DNA of 20,000 nucleotides from Seison nebaliae (Eukaryota): NCBI GenBank assembly GCA_023231475.1, contig JALJEE010000939.1, positions 44,249 to 64,248 of the forward strand, read 5' to 3'. Shown piece by piece: positions 1 to 8,869 of this stretch (position 1 is its first letter; each line of letters starts with the position of its first letter). The notes under the pieces were generated by a model. It saw only the letters and a program-made list of their open reading frames with translations, ran no database searches and was not told where the DNA came from. The position numbers and the translations under genes were made by a program.

Positions 1-1031
1 CAATCACTCTCCTCATGCGTTCATATATACCGTTCATAGATATTCGTTCATACTAGGAAAAGGCCATCGATCGTTTAGTGTTGATGTATAAGAAAATGTA
101 AGTTAGTTAATATGTGAGATTTTATATATTTTTCCCGAAAATTTTATGTTGATTAAAGAAACCATTAGCCAATTTTTTTCTCTCTACATTCTACTATAAT
201 TGTTATTACCAGTAATACCACTACCACCACTATTACTACTACGGAATCAGTATCGTAGTTCGAAATAGTTGTCGGAATTATATAGGTCAAATAGAGAAAT
301 TTATCTGTCTATAACTTTCCGTTCGTTCCCATCGTGCATTATCGAATCAATTAAAATCATTTAAACTCTGTTTGATCTTACTCTAATCGTCATCTGACTA
401 TCTGAAGAACATATTCTCAAATATCCAAACTATTCCGATAATTATATGAAACTTCCTGTCTGTAAAAATAATTTACTTTTATAATAGAAACTAAATTTGA
501 AATTGAAATCGAATTGAAAGAAACCTTTTCAATTTTTTAAAAATAATTAATAATTTTAATTAATTAATTTCAGTAATCAGAGTCGCTTTCATGAGATAGA
601 GGGACGGAATTGTTATTAAATGAATTTAAATGCATGGAAACGAAATTTTTGAACATTTTGTAAACCGTCAATAAATGTTTTCAAATTGTTAAACATTTGT
701 TAATGCTCTTACAATTCCTTAGAATACATTGATCTAAGGAATTTGTAAGGTCAATTACTTTTGTTCAAATGAAAACTAACATCATACTATAAGTCCTATA
801 TATTCGAGTGTTCGAGTATTCGATATATAATAAGAGAAAATTCATCGTTATCAATGTCTGCCATGATATATGATGGAAATCAAACTAAACTTTTGTTTGG
901 TCAGTTGGTCACGCCACTATTAGAAGATAAGATATCTACATAGATGTATATTAGATACTTATCGATGTAATTCTATATTAATCAGCAAATTTATCAACAA
1001 ATGTTGGCGATGTCAAATATAAGATGCGGAA

Positions 1032-1038
1032 TATAAAA
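1032..1038 (+). promoter_or_regulatory. Putative TATA box of the EGF-repeat gene
   Basis: TATAAAA about 70 nt upstream of ATG 1103; weak evidence in an AT-rich background. Confidence 0.35.
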
Positions 1039-1102
1039 CATAGAAATTTCTTGTTCGATAGTTTAATTTGAAAAATATTTTTAGAATTTAAATAATTTTA
1101 TC

Positions 1103-1740
1103 ATGAAAATACTGACTATTTGGATATTAGTCATAAACATTATAATTTCAGTGTGTTAATATTTTAATTTAAATTCCTAAATATTTTATTTAGTTGCGCT
1201 AAATGAACCGTGTCGACGAAATCGATGCTTTAACGGAAGATGTACTAGTGAGTAAACCTTTTTTATTTTCAGTATTTTTATAATCAAATTATTATAGATA
1301 ATAAATGCCTTTGTGATAAAGATTATGGCGGTGAACTGTGTGATCAATTAGTGACTGTACCACCACCTTGTCCAATAACACCTTGCCAATCGACGAGTAC
1401 ATGTGTTGATGGGATATGTCAATGCAATCCGGGTTTCACTGGTTTAATCTGTGACGAGATTCCTAATTTGGTATGTGGCGGTTCTGTATGTGTCCAAGCG
1501 AGTGATTGTATGCCTTCGGCTGGTACATCAGTTTGTAAGTGTCACGGAGGATTTACTGGAAGGCATTGCGATCAACTTGGAATGGCTCCGCATACACTGA
1601 AATATTCTTCGTTAATTATTCTAACATCAATCCTAGTAGCATTCCATTATCTGTAACTGTTCTATTAGTCTTTTAAATTTTATTATTTTTGTTTTTATTT
1701 CAGTCAATATTTCAAAAAAGTGAAGAGTTCAAAGAAATAG
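1103..1740 (+). CDS. Small cell-surface protein: signal peptide, three EGF-like domains, C-terminal hydrophobic segment and short basic tail; join(1103..1154,1194..1247,1298..1652,1704..1740), 165 aa
   Basis: Spliced translation: MKILTIWILVINIIISVFALNEP-CRRNRCFNGRCTNNKCLCDKDYGGELC...CQCNPGFTGLIC...CKCHGGFTGRHC...SSLIILTSILVAFHYLQYFKKVKSSKK*. It has three CxCxxG[YF]xGxxC EGF signatures. GT-AG introns at 1155-1193, 1248-1297 and 1653-1703 all keep the frame. AATAAA lies at 1751-1756. If the last intron is not removed the protein ends at TAA 1654-1656. Confidence 0.85.
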
Positions 1741-2497
1741 AGAATATTTAAATAAATACTTCATCCGCTTATATAGAAACTAACAAGGGAACCACATTTT
1801 TTCGCAATTGCCAAAGAAGCTGAAAAAATCATGCATATCCTAAGAATAATGTAAAGTAAGTTTAAAACAAAATTGGCTTCTGAATGGATTTTTAAGGTAC
1901 ATTTCTAGGCTATTTTATCTCCAATGTGTTGATGATAAGAAGAAGGCAGCCGAAAAATTTCATAATATTAAAATTATTATTAATATGATTTTTTTATATT
2001 ATATTTTATATTAATATTATTAATAGACAAAGTAAATCAGGTTAATATCATATGTCTAATTTTGTTCCGAACATCTCAATTCGTTCTACTATAAGATATT
2101 TGGTGAGTTTCTTAATTTCACAAATGAATATATTCATATAATACTATAATGAAAATATATGTTCAACAATGAAATCGAATAAGGTGAAAAGGACAACATC
2201 AAATCAACAAAAGTGATTGAAATTTAATTTAAGTGTTTTGAGTGATAAAATTATAGTAATTGAACTAGAAATTATCTCATCATTATATGTCATCATATGA
2301 CGATAAGATATCTTAATCATTATAAATAATATTTATTTGAGTTTAATTAAAGGTAAGTATTATTTATACGTAATGTTTCTCGCTACTAATTGTTTCGATA
2401 CAAATATATGTTGTCGAGTGATGTGAAAATACCTTTTTTTATAAATCAAATTCTCGACGGGATAAATTGAAATATTGTTGATCGATCTATTCTTTTA

Positions 2498-2593
2498 CGG
2501 TCAGTGGTAGGAGACCTACGTCCCACCGTTGTGGCTTTGGGAACGTGCATAGACCACTGCGCTAGGAACGTCTCTTTTCTAGATAGTTTTTGA
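2498..2593. ncRNA. Candidate structured non-coding RNA or tRNA-derived remnant, family unassigned
   Basis: 45 of 77 bases (2498-2574) are G/C against a very AT-rich background. Stems: CAGTGGT(2502-2508)/ACCACTG(2553-2559), ACGTCCCA(2518-2525)/TGGGAACGT(2538-2546), and a crossing pair GAGAC(2511-2515)/GTCTC(2570-2574). No ORF. Confidence 0.4.
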
Positions 2594-2934
2594 ATCAGAG
2601 AAGGGTATAATGATAAATTAGATTATAATTACTTGTTAGAGGACAGATCTATATTTCCAATGAACATTTCATTAGTTTACATTAGGAGAATTTACAGTGA
2701 AGATAAGAAGAATTTAAAAGTGAAGCCAAGTTTAAACGAGAGCTTAGTGAATGGGGACAGATTTCATTGAAATTTCCTCTAATTATTCTGTACGAGATAA
2801 GAATTGTTTTTATAAGAAGTGTAGTGAATGTACATTGTACGTTAGTGTCAGAAATAAAGTGAATTTAAAAGAAATTAAAAAGAGTTTTCATTTCAAATAA
2901 CTTTCATTCAACTTCAAGTGTTTTTGGAAAGACA

Positions 2935-5900
2935 ATGCCTGTATTATTTGGTGCCTCATTTCAACCGCAAAAGAATCGTGTGAAAATAAAAGGATATTTC
3001 CCATGTAAATCAACGGGAGAATATTTTAAGACATATGAACAATTCTTTGAGAGACAATTACAATGTCGAGAGAAAAAATGGAAGAGTGCATTCAACAAAA
3101 CGGAAAAAATGACTTTCGATGAAGCAAAAGAGAAAGAAGATAAAATTATTGAGAATCTCATAAAGGAGAATGGAAATTTCTTGAAAAGTTTAATCAATTT
3201 AATTCACTTCCACCACTTCGATCATTTGCTGACGATGAAGAGACATTTATATCGCTTATGTGTCGATCATTTCTTCAATGGGGAGATTGTGTGTTATGGA
3301 GAAAAGAAAATTTTCCGTTGGAACGATAAAGTTAAAACGGAGATATTGGAACGATTACCATCTGATTCTGAAACGATAATTAATTACAAAGTAAAGAATG
3401 AATTAAAAAATGAATTTGTCACTCATGAAAAACGATTAAAGTTTTCTTTTTTCTAAACATTCTACAAATATTTATTTCTTATTTTATTTCATTGTGACAG
3501 ACGGCGGAATACATATTTGAAACAAGATTTCTTTTTCTCATTAATTCGCTTCATCTCTTATCAAGACAATACGGGAAAATTCCTAATCGATGTTTAATTT
3601 TTATTTATTTGAAAAAATGAATTATAATATATTTCTAGGATCCATTCAAATCATTTATTGATGAAGATGAAAATAAATATCGATTCGAATTAGATAAATT
3701 GGAGAAAATTGTTAAAGAATATAAAAAAGAATTGGAACAGAATGGAGATCATCATAAAAAAGAATTGGAAGAGAAAGGAAATAATGATAAAAAAGAATTA
3801 GAAGAGAATGGAAATGATCATAAAAAAGAATCAGAGGAAAAGAAAAAAATGGGAATACCAAAGAATAAAATAGCATTCTTAATTCTCGACGGAAATTTCA
3901 TCGAAGTTATTTTTCATTTATTTTCTTGTATTCTTTTTGTTGTTGTTGTTGTTGTTATTACGTTCTTCAATTTATTTTTGAAGATATTTATAATAAATTG
4001 ATTTTAATAACAACTAAATTATCGATTTCATCTGCTTCACTTATTCAATTTAAAGAAAAATAATTTTTCATATTTTGAATAATTTTTATGGAAATCAACA
4101 AAAAAATATTTTTAATTTCAATTTCATTCTAAAAGAACTTTTATCATATTCATCTGAAACAATTGATGTTTTTGTAGAAAAAGAAATTACCAGAAAAGAA
4201 ATTACAAGAAAATAAATTAAAACGAAAGAAATTACCAGAAAAGAAGATCATTCGAATGGAAATGTTGCAGAAACCGGAATCTCGTAAAATTGTAGCGATG
4301 TCGAAAGAAGTTAATATTTTTAATTTAATCATAAAAATATAATTTGACATTTTCTCTCAAGAAAATGCCAGAATTCCCAGAAATCGTTTCGAGAATTCCA
4401 TTAGATAAATTTGACGATTGTTTTCGCATCATTCAATTTTTAAATACGAAAATGAAATTTTTCAACGTTGAAATGTTTAAAGAAGATTTTATTTCGTTAA
4501 GATGGGGAAATGTGGAAGAGATCGATAATTATATGAACGAGATTGTAAATAAGAAGAAGATTAATCATAATCCGATATTTCGATCGGGCAGGAACATGAT
4601 CAATAATTTCTTTCAAATCGATGACAAAGAGCCGATGTTCACTATGGGAATGTTGGAAGAGGCATTACATGAGAAAAATGGAAATGGAATTCTTTCAAAA
4701 TTGCTCGTTTTCCTTTTAGATTCGATATTGGAGATATCTGATAATTATTATCATGATTTTTGTGAAAAGAATCAAATCGAAATGGTCAATGATAAACCGA
4801 TGTCAAAAGGAATTTCTTATTTCACCGATAATTTCTTATTTACTAAATTCCGATCTACTATGGATAAAAAATTCGCTGTGAGAAAATTTAAAGCGAGTTC
4901 GAATACGGTAAAGGTTTGTCTTACAGCGTGTAAAAATCTCTGTCATCCGTCAATGCCAAAATCGACGATTTGGCGAGATTTCCGTAAAGAACTTCCATCG
5001 GCGTCGTTGACAGGAGAAGGATGTGATCCGATGTGTATAAATTATCCATTTCTCATCGATTTATTATGGAAATTGAAGAATGTGAATAATATGAGAGTGA
5101 AAGAATTTTCAAAACATTTAACACAAAAATTCAATATATTATTCTTAACAATTCATGGACGTTTATATGAAACGATGATTTTAGATTCAACCACAATTAG
5201 TGAAATGATTCGATGTTATTATTTAATCACTGATATCAACGGTTGTTTGCCCGGTTGTGCTATTAACAACAAAAGTCAATATCAAGAAGAGAAATTGAGC
5301 CGAAGAAGTGAAATGTTGAAAATTGTTGAGAAATTGTCATTTTATTCCGTCTACGATTTATCGGTGAAAGAGAAGATTATGTTGATTGATGATTTAATGG
5401 AAATGTTATTGAGTTCTCATAATTTCTTTAAGTTCAATGATAAACAACGAGCGAGATTACATTGTTTGGAGAAAGATTTGATGGAAATGTATATTGGAGA
5501 ACGGAAACGACGAGAAATGTTCATTGCGAAAATCGAATTTGAGAAGAATTATAAAAAAAATGAGAAAACAAAAGAGAAATCGATTCAATTGAGAAATGAA
5601 TCGATAATAAAATTTAAAAATTTTTCAAAAAAAACAATTTCTTTAAAATCGAAAGTTTATCGATTGAGATATCTATCAGCAATAGAACCTATAGGAATCG
5701 ATCGATTTCAACGATGTTATTATCTCGATTGGAATTCCTCCTCAATTCTCATACGACAACCAATAGAAGATGAGAAGATTTCCTGGAGTTTTATTTCAAC
5801 GAAAGAAATGTTCGATGATTTAGTATCGTCGTTAGATGTGAAGACGAATAGACAAGAGACATTATTATATACGAGATTAATGGATGATTATGATATGTAT

Positions 5901-7040
5901 CAAGAAATGTTGGATTATTGTCCTGAACAATTTTATTCCGATCGAAATAAATTCCGGAAAATCATTTCGTTAGAAGAAGATAATTCAACGAGAGATTCAT
6001 TAATTGAATCGATTAAATCATTTATCGATGAATTAACTGAACATAATTTATTATCATTAAATCGTCGAAAATTGAAAACGATCGATATCCTGTTAGATGA
6101 TGATGTAAGAATCAATATTTCCAAAATGGAAATTTTCACTTCACAATTTGTCGATTCAACTTTATTTATTGGTAAATTGGATCATTCTGATATTGAAGAA
6201 CGTTTCGTTATCTCACAGAAATGTAAAATGATCGTGAAAGCGATTAAGATAATTGTGGAGAATTTGAACGAATCAGCACTCGTTCAACCGATGAATTGTC
6301 GAGAGGAAAAAATTAAAAATTTCACACAATTCTCACTACCAAATCAGCTTCCATTTCTTCTTTATGATTGTTTGGAGAATTGGATGATATCATTATCGTC
6401 AGTGACAAGTTACTCGCAAATCGCTCTTCATTTACAATCATTGAAACGATCTCTCGTTTATCAACATGACATATGGAATGATGTTTTCGAGGGTGATAAA
6501 CGACGACGACGTTTTAAAATTGGTGAATGTAAAAAATGTGGAAATAATTACACAATTCGTCAATGGAATTCAATACATTGTTCGGATTGTGATGTCGATA
6601 ATTCATCAAATTTGTCAGATAAAGAAAATGGTGAATTAAATGGAATGTTGAGAGAGGAGAAAGAGGATGGCAATGGAGTAACAGTTTCAATAATGAACAA
6701 TAATAAGAAATTGACGAAACAAGAAACTCCGTCGAAGAAGATCCAATTGAAATTGACTCATTTCATTCCCAATCTCACCAATGGAATTTCTCAAAATATG
6801 AATAAATTAGAAAATGACGAACAGAAAAATGAAAAGAAAATTGAAGAAATTCAAATTGAAGACGATGAAAAAGATGAGGATGAAGACATTATTTATGAGA
6901 GTGACGATTATGAAATTCCAGAAAAGAAAATAACCAATTTTAGGAAAAGAAGTCTAACGAAACATCAAAATAGTTCGATGAACAATCAACCGACTAAACA
7001 ACGGAAAATTATCCAAGAGCCAGTGACTATCTGCGACTGA
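2935..7040 (+). CDS. BAZ1A: BAZ1A/ACF1-like ISWI-complex subunit (WAC, DDT, WHIM1, WHIM2/3); join(2935..3440,3501..3591,3639..3905,4178..4309,4362..7040), about 1224 aa
   Basis: N-terminal WAC-like segment (MPVL..FPCKSTGEYFKTYEQFFERQLQCREKKW..MTFDEAKEKE). DDT domain (FDDCFRIIQFLN..TMGMLEEAL..GILSKLLVFLL), followed by LDSTTISEMIR. WHIM1 (KLSFYSVYDLSVKEKIMLI), WHIM2 (PIGIDRFQRCYY) and WHIM3 (WSFISTKEMFDDLVSSLD..RQETLL). Pre-PHD helix WMISLSSVTSYSQIALHLQSLKRS. Four GT-AG introns restore one frame. AATAAA lies at 7066-7071. Motifs recognised from memory of the family, not by database search. Confidence 0.88.
3720..3845 (+). repeat. Coding 33-bp tandem repeat (about 3.7 copies) in BAZ1A exon 3
   Basis: Units ATAAAAAAGAATTGGAA...; translation KKELEQNGDHH / KKELEEKGNND / KKELEENGNDH / KKESEEK. 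Confidence 0.85.
4181..4246 (+). repeat. Coding 15-bp tandem repeat in BAZ1A exon 4
   Basis: AAGAAATTACCAGAA units; translation KKLPE KKLQE NKLKR KKLPE KK. Confidence 0.7.
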
Positions 7041-7888
7041 ACTTCCGAGATATCGATAAATGTCGAATAAAGTCTAATATGAACATTCTTTAAAGAAGAC
7101 GAATTGTAAATATGATATGCGTTCGTATAATTTTCATTTTAATTAATTTCAATTCTCTTTATTATATGATTCTTAATAATTATGATTCTAAGCTTTATAT
7201 TAATTTTGATGGTGAGAATCATAAAAATTCCATAATTGATCTCAATTATCCCGTTCATCCTCAATGAAACCGATTCGCATCGTTTCAAATTATTAATTCT
7301 CTTAATTTCATTTATTCTCTTTATTGTTCGCCATTTTTTTCAAGTTTCTTTTTTAGTTTACTCAACTTTCTCAATTCTGCCAAAGTTTCTTTAAATAAAA
7401 TTCTAAAATTTCAATTAATAATCTAAAATTTCCCAAATTTCACTTCATAAATTATAATTATAAAATAAACAAATTTATTCTAACAATTATTTGTCTTTAT
7501 CACTAGAGAAAATATTTATCATTTTATGATATGGCAAATTGATTAATTGAGAAATTAGAAAATTTGGTGGTTAAAAACTAAAAGAAGCTAAAATTTCACT
7601 TTTACATGAATGAAAATTGGAATAAAATAAAGTTGATTATTTCTTTTTGAAAATTCAAACATGTGTCAAATAATTAACAACAACGTTATTTTATAATAGT
7701 ACAAATTATTAATATCAATGATATGTTCTGATAATATTGATGGCAAATTCTAGGATTTATATATGTTGTATTAATCGAATGCATGATTTATATAATAAGA
7801 AATATTTCATCATTTCATTTATTCTTTTTTATTTGTCATAGATAGATTTTTATCTAACATATTTCTCAAAATTTAAAAAAGATTCAAA

Positions 7889-8192
7889 ATGGGTCACGAA
7901 AATGTGTGGAAAAGTCATTCGAAAACGATGGGACAGGGCTCGAGACATTGGTTCAATTTTCCTTTTCTTAAAATTATAATTAAAATTTCCTTTTTAGTCG
8001 CGTCTGCTCCAATCGTCATGGAATAATTCGTAAATATAATTTAAATATGTGTCGTCAATGCTTCAGACAATATGCTCCAAAAATCGGTTTTATGAAAGTT
8101 AATTTTAATTTTAATTCCTTTTAATTCATCTATTTTTTGTTTTGTGTCAATTCTCAAAAAAATGTTCGATTTACGATTACTAGTTGGATTAA
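7889..8192 (+). CDS. RPS29: 40S ribosomal protein S29 (uS14); join(7889..7950,7998..8097,8184..8192), 56 aa
   Basis: Spliced translation [56 protein letters not shown] has the CxxC..CRQC zinc finger and the canonical 56-aa length. Introns 7951-7997 and 8098-8183 give coding exons of 62/100/9 nt, the layout I recall for human RPS29. Confidence 0.98.
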
Positions 8193-8427
8193 AGACTAAA
8201 ATTTTTCATTTATATTTCTTATATAAATTAAAATACAAATAAAATAAAATAAAAAATATGTCAATAAGTTTTCTTTTCGAATGCTCATATATTTTCTGAC
8301 AGAATTACATCAAAAAAATTTATGAAAATAAAATGATTTTGTCCCATTGAGATGGAAATGAAATAAATAAATTTCTCTTTCATTCTTTCATCAAATAAAT
8401 CTTTTCATCAAATTCAGTTTGTTCAAT

Positions 8428-8869
8428 TCATTCGGCTAATGTGTTCGCCAATTGTTTCTTGATGAATAAATACAATTTATATTTTTGGAAATCATTCAAA
8501 TCTTTCTCGTTTCGGACGATTAGGCCTCCTAACTCCTTCAACATCGTCTTCCACCATTTTATCCACATTTCTACAAATAATATGACAAATACTATAATGA
8601 TAGAAATGAGACTGACTTGTTTGAACGAAGAATTGATCGGAATTTTGGAATAATTCCGGATGCGTATAAATGATTTTACTCATACTTTTCGTAAATTGAT
8701 TTGGTGCTTCGACAGCATCATCACCATCGTTCGTGATTGGGAAATCGGTAATTTTGTTCGATCGTCTGTTTATCATATTATATGACTCATTATCATGCAC
8801 ACGACACGAAGAGAAATAGAACGACAGTTGTAATAGAAAGACTATTGAAGTTATTGAATGAAACTTCAT
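8428..8869 (-). CDS. Orphan secreted protein or possible peptide precursor; complement(join(8428..8570,8617..8869)), 131 aa
   Basis: Signal-like MKFHSITSIVFLLQLSFYFSSC. A 46-nt GTCAGT...TTGTAG intron (8616-8571) shifts the frame to KMWIKWWKTMLKELGGLIVRNEKDLNDFQKYKLYLFIKKQLANTLAE*. A dibasic RR site follows the N-terminal segment. Convergent with RPS29. Confidence 0.7.

Noticed and set aside
165..310. Minus-strand frame with a Val-rich TM-like stretch
   Set aside because: It arises from an (ACT/ACC)n low-complexity tract, with no start codon or credible exon chain.
848..996. Cluster of GATA-like sites and an imperfect palindrome upstream of the EGF gene
   Set aside because: These short motifs are frequent in AT-rich DNA, and significance cannot be shown without a background calculation.
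2498..2575. Intact tRNA, HDV-like or twister ribozyme, or U1/U5 snRNA
   Set aside because: It lacks the GTTCRA T-loop, the HDV P1.1 GG placement, the exact twister core and the U1/U5 invariant loops. Kept only as an unassigned structured candidate.
3906..4001. Hydrophobic 'TM' tail (LFVVVVVVITFF) of ORF 3699-4001
   Set aside because: This is read-through into intron 3906-4177, which contains a (GTT)n microsatellite.
2961..6139. Minus-strand ORFs 2961-3197, 4150-4350 and 5933-6139
   Set aside because: They are antisense shadows of BAZ1A exons with no independent support.
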